From the IMG/VR virus record IMGVR_UViG_3300008110_010000, positions 8,199-72,198 of that record: a stretch of DNA of 64,000 nt; one strand, given 5' to 3'. The translations under genes and the position numbers were made by a program. The notes under the pieces are model-generated. The model made no database searches. It was not told the DNA's origin and saw nothing but the letters and a program-made list of their open reading frames with translations. The DNA comes from a virus. Below are positions 1 through 9,878 of the stretch, one piece after another; positions within the stretch are counted from its first letter, which is position 1, and every line of letters begins with the position of its first letter.

Positions 1-181
1 TTTTCTTCTTCAAAATTTTTTATGAACCTGTCAAATATCAATTTATTAAATCCTAAATCGGAAATTCTTTTACAATCCCAAACCTCGGATGGATTATAAT
101 TAAATTTTTTACCCACCCTATCTGCATATTCAATAATTGAATTACATTCCTCACCTCCAAAGAAATTGTTTATCGAATAGT

Positions 182-817
182 TCATAATATTTTTTTATCC
201 TTTATATCCTCCACAAATTCTACAACGGGTTCTTCTATTTCTAATAATCCATGAATTATTTTATACATTTCGTAACATCCTTTAGGTCCTGGATGAAAAT
301 CTATTTTTTCTCCAACTCCTTCTTCCCAATTGGAAGTTACCTTAATAAGTGTTACAAAGTCAGAGGTAGGAATGGCGAATTGTTCACTCCATGTAATAAA
401 CACTGGATTATATATTTTTAACCATTTTTGGAGATTTTTTAAAAATTTAATGTCATTTTCCCTAACACCGTTTATCCAATTATTACCTTCAGTGAGTCTT
501 AAATCATCTAATTTTTCGGCAAATTTACTATCCTTATAATATTGTGGCGATCTGTACTGGTTATTTAAATATAGTTCTTTTTTATCCCCATAATACCTTC
601 CGGGTAACCTTCCAGGGTCAGTAAATACAATAACAATTCTATCTCCCTCCATATATTCATCTAAATTACCTAATTGAAAAATTATTGAGGAGTTATCAGC
701 CCCAAGTTTACCATGTTTATAAACTTCGTAGTGTTTTGATAAATAATATCTCCAATGGTATTTTGGTATGTGCCAATCAACAAAAGAATCCCCAAAGCAA
801 AATAATCTCGGTTTCAT
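182..817 (-). CDS. SGNH/GDSL-like hydrolase (paralog family member)
   Basis: N-terminal FCFGDSF block resembles the GDS(L) catalytic Ser motif of SGNH esterases. Family is recurrent in this island. Confidence 0.4.
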   Translation of the reverse strand: MKPRLFCFGDSFVDWHIPKYHWRYYLSKHYEVYKHGKLGADNSSIIFQLGNLDEYMEGDRIVIVFTDPGRLPGRYYGDKKELYLNNQYRSPQYYKDSKFAEKLDDLRLTEGNNWINGVRENDIKFLKNLQKWLKIYNPVFITWSEQFAIPTSDFVTLIKVTSNWEEGVGEKIDFHPGPKGCYEMYKIIHGLLEIEEPVVEFVEDIKDKKIL

Positions 818-1320
818 TAAATTAAAGACGTTCTTTTTTTATTAAACATTATAACTAAAACCCTCCTTTGTCCAGATTCTAACTGTGTAACTTGGTGAAC
901 CTGGTTGTTTCCCTCGAAATTAACATACTGTCCAATTTCTGTAAAATTTACATCCTCTCCATCAATTATTAATCTTCCTCCCACAAATTCATTCGATAAC
1001 AAAATTAACGTGGTCTGTAAAACAAAATACTTATCTCTGTGAGGTTTTGTTAAGTTTCCTTTATCATATATTAATTCATAGAAAAAATCTATTTCATATT
1101 CAGGTTTGCCAAATTTTTCAACAATAAATGAATTAAACTTGCTATCGTGCATCCCATAATATTTCATTGATGTCAGGATTAGTGCATCCTCGCCTTTGAT
1201 AACTATATAGGGATGCTTATATTTTAAATTTTCATATTCTAAAGGATTCATTCCCCCATTTTCCGAAAGTGCTTGATTGATGTAATCGATCTCTTCGCTA
1301 TTTAAACAACCAATATCCAT
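817..1320 (-). CDS. hypothetical protein
   Basis: 167-aa ORF tightly packed with neighbours (its start overlaps the upstream gene's stop). No recognisable motif. Confidence 0.3.
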   Translation of the reverse strand: MDIGCLNSEEIDYINQALSENGGMNPLEYENLKYKHPYIVIKGEDALILTSMKYYGMHDSKFNSFIVEKFGKPEYEIDFFYELIYDKGNLTKPHRDKYFVLQTTLILLSNEFVGGRLIIDGEDVNFTEIGQYVNFEGNNQVHQVTQLESGQRRVLVIMFNKKRTSLI

Positions 1321-1322
1321 AG

Positions 1323-2141
1323 TTATATCAAGATGTTAATTTTTCCTTTAGTCTTTTCCGATATGATTTTATTTTCTCCAATAAAACGGTATATTTCATC
1401 GGAAATTAGTTCATATCCAAGCTTATTTGGATGTACACCAACAAGGTTAATTGGGTTTTTAAAATTCTCCCAAATACTTTTTTTATCAAAACTGGTTAAA
1501 AAGTCCCTAAATGTTTCTTTGCGGAATCCCCAATAGTGCCTAGTGTCGATCAAATCGGTTTTATCAATTTCCCCTATAATATTTTTTGGCAACATCATAT
1601 CGAATCCATCGCAAAACAAATATCTAATACCCAAATTTTTAAACATATATTGCAAATACAATAAATAACCCTGGTTGACTATGTTATAATAATTTTCGTT
1701 GTATAAATTAACCGTGTACCATTCCTTATAGTCGATTTTTAATTTATTATAAATTTTATTTTCCCCATTTGAGCTCAGTATATGATCGTATATGTATTTT
1801 TTGTCTAGATGTCTTTTACTCCATGAATGCCATTCATTATCTGGCGGAAAAAATGGCAATTCTTCCCTTAAGGGGGAAGACCACATTATAATCACTAGAT
1901 CATTCTCTTTAATCCTACCAGTATCTATACATTTACAAACGCAATTAAATATGAATCGATTATCTGATCCACCTACTCCGTAATTTTGGAGGTCTATTTT
2001 TAATTTTTCTGCTAATTGTTTTGGCCAAGAATATTTGCTCCGAATTTTTGTTTTTTCCTCTAAACTACTTACCGCATTCTCTTCTGCTAAATCTCCACCA
2101 ACACCCTCCGTCCAGCTATCCCCGAATGTATATAATTTCAT
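1323..2141 (-). CDS. SGNH/GDSL-like hydrolase
   Basis: N-terminal MKLYTFGDSWTEGVGG (GDS-x-x-G) typical of SGNH esterase block I. Confidence 0.45.
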   Translation of the reverse strand: MKLYTFGDSWTEGVGGDLAEENAVSSLEEKTKIRSKYSWPKQLAEKLKIDLQNYGVGGSDNRFIFNCVCKCIDTGRIKENDLVIIMWSSPLREELPFFPPDNEWHSWSKRHLDKKYIYDHILSSNGENKIYNKLKIDYKEWYTVNLYNENYYNIVNQGYLLYLQYMFKNLGIRYLFCDGFDMMLPKNIIGEIDKTDLIDTRHYWGFRKETFRDFLTSFDKKSIWENFKNPINLVGVHPNKLGYELISDEIYRFIGENKIISEKTKGKINILI

Positions 2142-2803
2142 AACAGGTTTTTTTTAAACATCTTATTGATTTCTCTTTCTCTTACCCAAATAACTAAAAT
2201 ATATTTTACACCATCCACAATTGGTAAACCAGCATGTAATGATTTTTTATTTAGTGTTCTATCCGGGTTTAAATTATTCCACACCAGCAAATCCCCCTGA
2301 TTTCCTTTTATTTTAATTTTTTTCAAAGGAAATTCAGTTTCTCCCCCGATATAATCATCATTTAAATAAAATATTCCGGTTATTAATCGATCACCGCTTT
2401 CCCCATTAGGTATATTCTTTGGGTCTCCGTAGCAGTCATAATGTGGCTTGTATTCTCCCCCAATTCCATATCTTATAAAGGATACCGGGGTTTCTTGCTG
2501 ATTAATGGTTGTTTTTGTTTTTTCTGAGAATATTTTACGAACTTTTTTTAGTAATTCGGATTCATTTCCATATACAGCAATTTCAGCTTTTCTATATTTT
2601 ATATCTGATTCCACATCCCCATTAATTGTTCTCGCAGTTTTAAATTCGTTAAATTCTTTTATTAATTTTTCACAATCCATTTTATCTAATACTTCTGCAT
2701 GTAATTGATATAAAAGGTTATTATTTTCAAAGTATCTCATATAATAGTTTTTAATTTTCCCCAGTTCTTTATGTCCCCGTATCTTATATAAAATAACGCA
2801 CAA
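2138..2803 (-). CDS. 2OG-Fe(II) oxygenase, prolyl-4-hydroxylase-like
   Basis: HYDCYGDP (H-x-D) ... GGETEFP ... LHAGLPIVDGVKYILVIW (distal His plus basic 2OG-binding residue) matches the P4H-type 2OG oxygenase motif order. Confidence 0.55.
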   Translation of the reverse strand: MCVILYKIRGHKELGKIKNYYMRYFENNNLLYQLHAEVLDKMDCEKLIKEFNEFKTARTINGDVESDIKYRKAEIAVYGNESELLKKVRKIFSEKTKTTINQQETPVSFIRYGIGGEYKPHYDCYGDPKNIPNGESGDRLITGIFYLNDDYIGGETEFPLKKIKIKGNQGDLLVWNNLNPDRTLNKKSLHAGLPIVDGVKYILVIWVREREINKMFKKNLL

Positions 2804-3228
2804 TATCTAACCCCTCTTTTTACTTTTTTCACTTCGTGATATTCGCTTGATTTATAATGATATATTTCACCCATCGGTTTCAAGTATGGTTTATCGTTTA
2901 AATAAAACTCCCCACCTTCATAATCATCATTTAATAATATATTAATATTATAAATAAAATCTCTACTGAGTGAATTAGTGGCGGACCCCGAATCTATATG
3001 TTTTTGAATTAGGTCACCCTCAATGTATTTTAATATACCTACATTAATTGTACTAATGTCCAAATTTAAATACTCACTACAATATTGAATAATTAAATTT
3101 TTAATTTCACCGTCTTCGACTTCAAATAAAGTGGAATAGTATGAACCACCAGTCTTCACCCTTTTCCATAAATTTTTTGATTCTGATAACTCAATCAAAT
3201 ACCTACAATGACTATTTGAGATTTTCAT
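2737..3228 (-). CDS. 2OG-Fe(II) oxygenase-like protein
   Basis: HIDSG (H-x-D), GGEFY and a distal HEVKKVKRGVRY segment in P4H-like order. Weaker match than the neighbouring gene. Confidence 0.4.
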   Translation of the reverse strand: MKISNSHCRYLIELSESKNLWKRVKTGGSYYSTLFEVEDGEIKNLIIQYCSEYLNLDISTINVGILKYIEGDLIQKHIDSGSATNSLSRDFIYNINILLNDDYEGGEFYLNDKPYLKPMGEIYHYKSSEYHEVKKVKRGVRYCALFYIRYGDIKNWGKLKTII

Positions 3229-3231
3229 TAT

Positions 3232-3741
3232 TTAAATTAAATTTTTATAGATTTTAATCTGATCTATTTCATTTGTCAATGATCCATAAATTCCAATTCT
3301 TTCTGGGGTTGAAAATTCGTCACATAAAAAATCCTCTGTTTTAAAAATTAATAGATCTCCGTCTTCCAATACTATTTCTTTTATTTCATTTTTTAATCTT
3401 AATGATATCTTACTTTTAAAGGATTTTATAAAAAGAATGAATGAATATTTTGATTTTGGATTTATCCCTCTTTTTAACTGCTTATCGAATTTTATTTCTT
3501 GGTCCAATTCCTGTTCCTGTATATAAGCGAAGGTGTTTTTGACATATACTTGAAAATCCTCTAGAGTTTCTTTTTCTAGGTTTTGTAATATGATTTCAAT
3601 TATTTTTAAAGTTGTGTCCGATTCTAACCACAGGATTCTCTTATTAAATTCGGATTTTACGTGATGTGAATTCAGTATAATATCATATTTTAATAGTTCC
3701 AAATTAATTTTTGGCTTAACGATTTTATAAAACATGATCAA
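3232..3741 (-). CDS. hypothetical protein
   Basis: 169-aa ORF in an operon-like array. No motif recognised. Confidence 0.3.
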   Translation of the reverse strand: MIMFYKIVKPKINLELLKYDIILNSHHVKSEFNKRILWLESDTTLKIIEIILQNLEKETLEDFQVYVKNTFAYIQEQELDQEIKFDKQLKRGINPKSKYSFILFIKSFKSKISLRLKNEIKEIVLEDGDLLIFKTEDFLCDEFSTPERIGIYGSLTNEIDQIKIYKNLI

Positions 3742-4451
3742 GAATTTATATGATTTTTGAAGACGATCCTTCTATTTGTTTCCCTAATAGAATTAAAATC
3801 ATAATTAATATTCGTTGTGTATACTATTCTATCAGATTCTGAACCTAATGTAAGGGTTGGCATATGTTGTAAATCACCAGGAAAAAATAGAATATCGCTT
3901 TCTTTTGGAGTGAATGAATGTAATTTTTCGTCTTCTGTTTTAAAAATAAGATCCCCTTCTCCATCTTTAAGATCCGAAGGAATTTGTATATAAAAAACAT
4001 AGGTCCATTGCGTTTTCAAATTTGTTCTATTCGATGATTCTATCCAGTCATGGGTGTGCATCCATTCCATTTTAAAACCCGGAACTTGTATGTATATCCA
4101 ACTGGATTTTATAAATCTGTCTATTTTGCAAGACAATTTTTTCCTTAAAAAATCCAATGCCTGATTATCTACAGATCTAAATTCATCGCATCCAATATGG
4201 ACGTCCAATGAATTTTGTACCCTGTATGTCTCGTTTTGGTATAAGGATTCGTTTTGATATATTCTAGTTAAAAATTCTTTTTTCGAAAACTGATTATCGT
4301 ACCTTGTCTTGTAGATTGTGTATTTTTCTGACAGCTTATATTGTTCTGAAAAGTTTATTTTTTTCATATTTCCCATATTTAGTAAACAGTTCATTTCCAC
4401 GATATATTTTTTTCGTGGCAATCGATAAATTTCTATCAATATTCGGTTCAC
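3738..4451 (-). CDS. hypothetical protein, possible cupin/2OG-oxygenase fold
   Basis: HTHDW ... GDLIF ... HMPT pattern is suggestive only. The 5' end overlaps the next ORF, so the true start is probably internal. Confidence 0.3.
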   Translation of the reverse strand: MNRILIEIYRLPRKKYIVEMNCLLNMGNMKKINFSEQYKLSEKYTIYKTRYDNQFSKKEFLTRIYQNESLYQNETYRVQNSLDVHIGCDEFRSVDNQALDFLRKKLSCKIDRFIKSSWIYIQVPGFKMEWMHTHDWIESSNRTNLKTQWTYVFYIQIPSDLKDGEGDLIFKTEDEKLHSFTPKESDILFFPGDLQHMPTLTLGSESDRIVYTTNINYDFNSIRETNRRIVFKNHINS

Positions 4452-4770
4452 TATCCCAAGAACAGCTGTTTACCCAGTGCATGGGTGTTTTAAATATCCA
4501 ATGACAATTTTTTTCTAGATTGACATTAAACGTCCATTCGTCACCAATCTTAGAAAATTCGTACATATCATAAACATGGATCTTAACGTTATAATCAAGG
4601 GAATTTAATTCTGATTCAGTTAATTGGTAAATCCCTGAATCCCCCTTCCAGTTAACGAATATTTCTTCCCCCTCATCGATATCTCTAAGAGCAAAAATAC
4701 CTACTCCGTGTATATTGCTCGGCGACATTTTAACGTTCACATGATTTTTGATGTATTCATATGCAGTCAT
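4336..4770 (-). CDS. SET-domain protein (putative protein lysine methyltransferase), paralog A
   Basis: GVGIFALRDIDEGEEIF plus a C-terminal GNELFTKYG block resemble the SET N- and C-motifs of minimal viral SET proteins. Clear paralog of the adjacent gene. Confidence 0.5.
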   Translation of the reverse strand: MTAYEYIKNHVNVKMSPSNIHGVGIFALRDIDEGEEIFVNWKGDSGIYQLTESELNSLDYNVKIHVYDMYEFSKIGDEWTFNVNLEKNCHWIFKTPMHWVNSCSWDSEPNIDRNLSIATKKIYRGNELFTKYGKYEKNKLFRTI

Positions 4771-5243
4771 TATATGAAATTTTTTGGTGTGGTTCTGAAT
4801 TGAGATCCATAGTTTCCTAATATCTCTTCACCTTCTTTTATCTTTCTAATTGCAACAGGTGCCACATTATTATTGCTATCCACGTTACAGTTTTTCAATC
4901 CACTGTTCATAAACATTTTTGGCCAAATGTATATCCAGTGATAACCTCGCTCTAAGGGGAAAAATATTTTTCCATATTCCTTAGGTATGATTTGTTCGAC
5001 CCCATTTTTATCAACAAACCACATTTTATTGTCAAAGGTTTCGTATAAATTTTTTTGGAGCTTATCAGGGAGTGTGAATAATTCTTCCTGTGTAATTGAA
5101 TATATCCCACTCTCCCCATGCCAAAGATCAAAAACAGATTCACCTGCTTCAATATCTCTAATGGCAAAAAATCCAACGCCCTCTACAGAACTCGGCTTAA
5201 GTATTGCTGTGACCTTTTGCTGAAGATATTCTAAAGGAGTCAT
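4770..5243 (-). CDS. SET-domain protein, paralog B
   Basis: GVGFFAIRDIEAGESVF ... GEEILGNYG. Tandem duplicate of 4336..4770 with a conserved HGESGIY block. Confidence 0.5.
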   Translation of the reverse strand: MTPLEYLQQKVTAILKPSSVEGVGFFAIRDIEAGESVFDLWHGESGIYSITQEELFTLPDKLQKNLYETFDNKMWFVDKNGVEQIIPKEYGKIFFPLERGYHWIYIWPKMFMNSGLKNCNVDSNNNVAPVAIRKIKEGEEILGNYGSQFRTTPKNFI

Positions 5244-5407
5244 AAATATCCACAGAATTTAAGAATGTTTTAACTTAATCAGTTCTACAAGTTTTGACAA
5301 TATAGTGAAGGTTTTCTGTTTTTTATCCTCGCTGATCGATGAAGCTTGTCTTAATTTAAGATCAACAGTATTAATTGACTTATATTTTGTTGGTTTTATC
5401 ATGATCT

Positions 5408-7282
5408 TTATATTTTTGGTATTCCTCTGTTATGTGCTAAAATTCCATTAGCAAAAAAGTTATGATTATTTTTAATATCCTGTAAATTATAAACTAGAGT
5501 GGTTTCTTCTATCATGTTTATGTTCACAATTTTTGAGCTCCCCTTTAATAACTTTAAACAGTCTCCAATCTCTATCTTACCGATTTTAGATTCTATAGTA
5601 TACAGTTTATTAGATAGATTATTATCGAATGAAGACCATCCTTTATCTTCAACATATACTGGGTGATCTATGGTACATTTTAAAAATTCACCATTCTCTA
5701 ATTCATACTCAACAATTCGGTCCACTTTTTTACTATAAACAGCATTTACTGTATTGGCCTCAATATTATTTGATAGCATGTTAAGTGTCAGTACAGAATC
5801 ACCAGCAATAATATCCTCTATATTTTTTGTAACACCTTCCGAGATGGTTATTTTCGTGCCTGCAACGAAACATGGTGCATTGTGTGTTACGAATGAATTG
5901 ACAGGAGTTGATCCTGCTATTATGTAGGTGTCAGTATCCTCAACATCAATTTCAACTAAGCTGAAATTGTTTTCATTAATTATTAATATTTCAGAATTTG
6001 TGACCTGCGCTAATGATCCATCATAATCTACTAAGTAATCTGTCGTTGTTTTTATGTTTACAGATTGTTTCCATACGATCGAGTCCATTCCCTCGTCATA
6101 AACTAAGAAAGATTTATGAACCGACGTATAAATTGAATCCTCGTTATTATTTACTGTTATATTAGATAATGTTTTATTCAACAATTCTTTACTATTTTTA
6201 TATATAACAGTAGATGTCGTTAGATTAGATTCCGGTGGTAAGGTGTTTCCTGATATTTGCCAAGTTGGATATGTGAAGTCGTCTTCCGTTAAATCTGTTC
6301 CCCCTATATAATAAGATTTTATTTCTTCCCCGACAGAAATGTTCCCTATTTCTACCTCAGTATCATCAGATTTAATTATTAAATGCGTGTTTAAAATGCC
6401 ATCAATTATACCATCATATTTAATAAAATTTGTTGCAAACTCGTAATAATGTTTATTGTCTATCTTATTAATGTATTGGGCTTCATTATAAATTGATTCG
6501 ACAGGTAATTCAAATGCCGCACTTTCCTGAAATTGTCCTACGTGAATTAGGGACAGATCACCTCCGTAAATAATCGAGAAAGTTCTCACTGTGGAAACTT
6601 TATTATCTGAAACGGTTTGTGAACTTATGTGATATTTTTGTATTACGTTATTTTCTGTTGCCTTTTCGCTGATGAATACTCCCCATCGGCTTTGGTCTGT
6701 ATCTTCAGTGGATTCGCTGCCTATTTTATAAAAATCTATAAGGGAATGTTCCGCATCGCTTATGTTTTTTATTAAGCAATCTGGCAAATTTCCCGAATTA
6801 AAATCCCTAGAAATCGTATCGTATTGTCCGAGTGAGGATGAATGATAAAACTCCGCAACGCTATCCTGCTCATTATAATCACAGAATAGCCTAAGTGTGT
6901 TTAATGTTCCCTTAGCATACTCGCTATCAAAAATGGCTGATTCGTCATACGCCATTCTCAGAACGAATAAGTCTGAAGCATCCTCAACAGGAGTCGGGTA
7001 TATTCTGTTTGATTGCTCTTTTATCTCCTTAAATTCTGTGATAAATGGAGCGTTCGATGTCAATGATTCGGAAAGTTTATCGACTATATACTGATGTATG
7101 TTCGGCTTATGTACTACCGTTACTCTTGTGATGTTATTGCTCTCTAAAACCGAGATAAGGTCGTTAAAATCCAGATAGACTAAATTATTAGTCGAAATAG
7201 TTGTGTCTGTATTTACTTCCAATAGTCTTAAATTGCCAACGCTATCCTCAATAAAATCCGCGGAAAAAAAGGTTCCTTTCAT
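5408..7282 (-). CDS. large protein with C-terminal Hint (intein/BIL-like) autoprocessing domain
   Basis: C-terminal ~150 aa carry Hint blocks: APCFVAGTKI (block A Cys), TIDHPVYV (T-x-x-H), VYNLQDIKNNHNFFANGILAHN (blocks F/G ending HN). Only six residues (RGIPKI) follow HN and there is no +1 Cys/Ser/Thr, so it looks BIL/Hog-like rather than a canonical intein. Confidence 0.6.
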   Translation of the reverse strand: MKGTFFSADFIEDSVGNLRLLEVNTDTTISTNNLVYLDFNDLISVLESNNITRVTVVHKPNIHQYIVDKLSESLTSNAPFITEFKEIKEQSNRIYPTPVEDASDLFVLRMAYDESAIFDSEYAKGTLNTLRLFCDYNEQDSVAEFYHSSSLGQYDTISRDFNSGNLPDCLIKNISDAEHSLIDFYKIGSESTEDTDQSRWGVFISEKATENNVIQKYHISSQTVSDNKVSTVRTFSIIYGGDLSLIHVGQFQESAAFELPVESIYNEAQYINKIDNKHYYEFATNFIKYDGIIDGILNTHLIIKSDDTEVEIGNISVGEEIKSYYIGGTDLTEDDFTYPTWQISGNTLPPESNLTTSTVIYKNSKELLNKTLSNITVNNNEDSIYTSVHKSFLVYDEGMDSIVWKQSVNIKTTTDYLVDYDGSLAQVTNSEILIINENNFSLVEIDVEDTDTYIIAGSTPVNSFVTHNAPCFVAGTKITISEGVTKNIEDIIAGDSVLTLNMLSNNIEANTVNAVYSKKVDRIVEYELENGEFLKCTIDHPVYVEDKGWSSFDNNLSNKLYTIESKIGKIEIGDCLKLLKGSSKIVNINMIEETTLVYNLQDIKNNHNFFANGILAHNRGIPKI

Positions 7283-7500
7283 ACTTAATATTTTCTTTTA
7301 TATCCCAATATAACAAAATGCATCACTTTTTTAGACCATATTTTATATATCTATACCATACCCTCTCGTGTAAAAAATATAAGGCCATCTTGGTTATCAC
7401 CTCAAAGCCGCCAATGGCGATTCCTATTTTTATATTACCTGTTATGGCCCAGCTTAAAATAATCGTATCTAATGTTCCGACTATTCTCCATGTTATAGTT

Positions 7501-7872
7501 TTAGCTATGTGTCTCTTTACCTGAGGCATCAATTGTTCCCTCCCTTATTTTGGTACCGCTTATTAGCGCAATATTTTCTGGGGGCTCGTGGTAAATAACC
7601 TCATAACCTACCCCTCTCCCATAATTGATTGATTCAATGTCGGGAATTATCGAAAGAAGTATTCTGTCAGAATTTTTAACAAAAAACGATTCTTTGGAAA
7701 GATCTTCCAAAATTTGTTGTGCTTTTTTTGGATTATTGGCATCTTGATCTACGTCCCTGATAGCGACCCAAATGTTTTTTCCCTTCTCTAACTGTTGATT
7801 AATAAGCCATTCGTGTCCTTTGTGCCAGTTCTGCCATCTACCTATATAGAGAGCATATTTTTTACCTTCCAT
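7501..7872 (-). CDS. small nucleotidyltransferase (cytidylyltransferase-like, HxGH family)
   Basis: YIGRWQNWHKGHEWL fits the G-x-(F/W)-x-x-x-H-x-G-H signature of cytidylyl/adenylyltransferases. Confidence 0.5.
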   Translation of the reverse strand: MEGKKYALYIGRWQNWHKGHEWLINQQLEKGKNIWVAIRDVDQDANNPKKAQQILEDLSKESFFVKNSDRILLSIIPDIESINYGRGVGYEVIYHEPPENIALISGTKIREGTIDASGKETHS

Positions 7873-7878
7873 TAATAT

Positions 7879-8307
7879 TTATACGCGCAGAAGGAGACAA
7901 AGTTCCACGAAAGATCTTTCTATGCTGGATCCGTTTCGAAAAATTAAAAAGTTTTCCTCAGGACCTTCAAAATTTTTAACGTGTAACTTTTCCTTCCCTC
8001 CGTAATCGTTCCTGGAAAATAAAACCTCTACAACATCGTTATTTTGCTTTAGATCTTCCCTTATAGCACGATAAGGACAAACCATACTTATCACCACGTT
8101 ATGTCCTTTAACCGACATAAAACGAGCTATAGTGAAGGACCTTTCTATGTTCTTGATCCTGCCAGAATAAGAATAGTCAGTATTGGGGAATATTTCCCTC
8201 AGATCATCGCCATCTATCCATACAGTTCCCATTCCTAATCTTCTAACTAAGAGCTCTGCCATTGTAGTTTTACCCGATCCTGGCTGTCCTATTAATAGGT
8301 ATATCAT
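7879..8307 (-). CDS. P-loop kinase, adenylylsulfate (APS) kinase-like
   Basis: Walker A in IGQPGSGKTT plus VISMVCPYRAIRED, which resembles the APS-kinase ISPYR-x-x-R motif. Confidence 0.5.
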   Translation of the reverse strand: MIYLLIGQPGSGKTTMAELLVRRLGMGTVWIDGDDLREIFPNTDYSYSGRIKNIERSFTIARFMSVKGHNVVISMVCPYRAIREDLKQNNDVVEVLFSRNDYGGKEKLHVKNFEGPEENFLIFRNGSSIERSFVELCLLLRV

Positions 8308-8469
8308 AGTAAAGTAATATCTAGTGGTTATAAATAAATGGGTCTCTTTTTCTTAGTTCCTCCAGTTTTTTCTTAAATCTTTTTTTCCTTTTATAGTTGT
8401 CTATACTTTTCTTTATCCAACTGAAAAGAATCAATCCCCTTAAGAACACAAAGAATTTTCTAAAGTGCT

Positions 8470-8817
8470 TCATTTATAATTATTTTTAAATTCCTCTAAT
8501 CCCATGGCTTTATCGTCGATTAGGTAGTCATAATGCAATTTTCCCATTATCAGTCCATGGTGATTTATTCCCCATTCTTTTAAACTATCCAGGGTAAGAA
8601 CATAAAGACTGTTATAAACCTTAACCAGATCTCCATTGAACTGTCCCATTCCCCTAGCAGTGTAAATGTAAATGGTGTGACCCTCATCATAAAGTTTATT
8701 CGATTTATCAATCATGTGCTTTATGGGTACACAATGTTTATATTTATCTGGGCCAAGGTGTTCCAGATTTTTATCCCGGGTACATAATGTATCGTCTAAA
8801 TCAAATGCGTAAATCAT
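8470..8817 (-). CDS. HAD-superfamily hydrolase-like protein
   Basis: N-terminal MIYAFDLDDTLC carries the D-x-D-x-T HAD motif I. Confidence 0.5.
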   Translation of the reverse strand: MIYAFDLDDTLCTRDKNLEHLGPDKYKHCVPIKHMIDKSNKLYDEGHTIYIYTARGMGQFNGDLVKVYNSLYVLTLDSLKEWGINHHGLIMGKLHYDYLIDDKAMGLEEFKNNYK

Positions 8818-8918
8818 AGCGTTAGTTCTTTTAATATGTATTCTGATAATATAATATGGAATATCTCACCATAATGAAGATCTTCAACTTTTCCTTGGTG
8901 TCTCCAAAGACCCAAAGA

Positions 8919-9878
8919 TTATTGGACATAACTGAGCAGTCTTATTAATCTTTGCTTTATGTTATTTTTAATCGTTTCATCCATAGAATAATCCATTTTA
9001 ATAATATTATTTAATTTTTGATAGTTATAGTGACCGCAAACCATTATTAATTTTCTTTTATTCGAAAAATCAAAATTCAGATCTACCCACTTTTCCCATT
9101 TTTTAGAATCGTAGCATACCTCGTAAAACATGTCTATCTGATCCTTTTCCATAAAATCTATTATCGTTTCCGTTTCAATTTGTGCTATTTCTGGCCCAAT
9201 ATTCAAACTATTCAATCCTCTTTTAAATCTTACAACAATATCCGGCCAATCAAGATAATCGCCATTATGTTCCTTTGATTTCTTTCCATATGATTTGCAT
9301 ATTCCGATCATAGATTCTAAATCTTCTATATTGAATTTTCCTATATTTTTTTTATTAGCTATATCTAAACCCACCCCCGATTGAATACACACATATTCTA
9401 TTTTTTCAAATTCATCCCCGGTTAGACCAATTTGTAATTCTCTCAAAAAAAAATCCAGATCTTCAGTGGTAATTTTTTTGATTGCCTCTTCTGTCCCAAC
9501 TTCAAATAAGATGTTTGAATTTAATTTGTGAATGAATTTAATGTTTTCGATTGTTTCTTTTGTCCCAGATTCGATATCTTGGTATTTTTTCCATGGATCT
9601 ATGTGTACGATATCAAGATACTTGGAGTCATTAAAATAAGATTCATATTCGTCAGTGTCTCCTTGCCCTATTCCCCCATGATCCCTTTCTATTATTATTT
9701 CGGATCTTTCTTTGACATAATTCTTGAATGCTTCGGTTGTCCAATTATTAACATATCCTCCATTAAATTCTATCTGTCTTCTGCTTGGCAATAATCCTAT
9801 CTTTTTAGAGCCCAATTCTATGACTGCATCCACTATGTTTTTAGACATTGGACATATGAAATAATTTATTTCAGACAT
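8919..9878 (-). CDS. hypothetical protein
   Basis: 319-aa ORF with no motif recognised. Confidence 0.35.
   Translation of the reverse strand: MSEINYFICPMSKNIVDAVIELGSKKIGLLPSRRQIEFNGGYVNNWTTEAFKNYVKERSEIIIERDHGGIGQGDTDEYESYFNDSKYLDIVHIDPWKKYQDIESGTKETIENIKFIHKLNSNILFEVGTEEAIKKITTEDLDFFLRELQIGLTGDEFEKIEYVCIQSGVGLDIANKKNIGKFNIEDLESMIGICKSYGKKSKEHNGDYLDWPDIVVRFKRGLNSLNIGPEIAQIETETIIDFMEKDQIDMFYEVCYDSKKWEKWVDLNFDFSNKRKLIMVCGHYNYQKLNNIIKMDYSMDETIKNNIKQRLIRLLSYVQ

Noticed and set aside
2138-2803. Claim that the P4H-like oxygenases hydroxylate the neighbouring collagen-like fibre
   Set aside because: The fibre's Gly-X-Y repeats contain virtually no proline or lysine, so a collagen prolyl/lysyl hydroxylase role cannot be supported from the sequence. 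It is kept only as an open question.
4952-5223. Small ORFs 4952..5176 (-) and 4987..5223 (+) inside the SET-domain gene
   Set aside because: They are nested in alternative frames of a gene with a clear paralog. No motif or independent start context.
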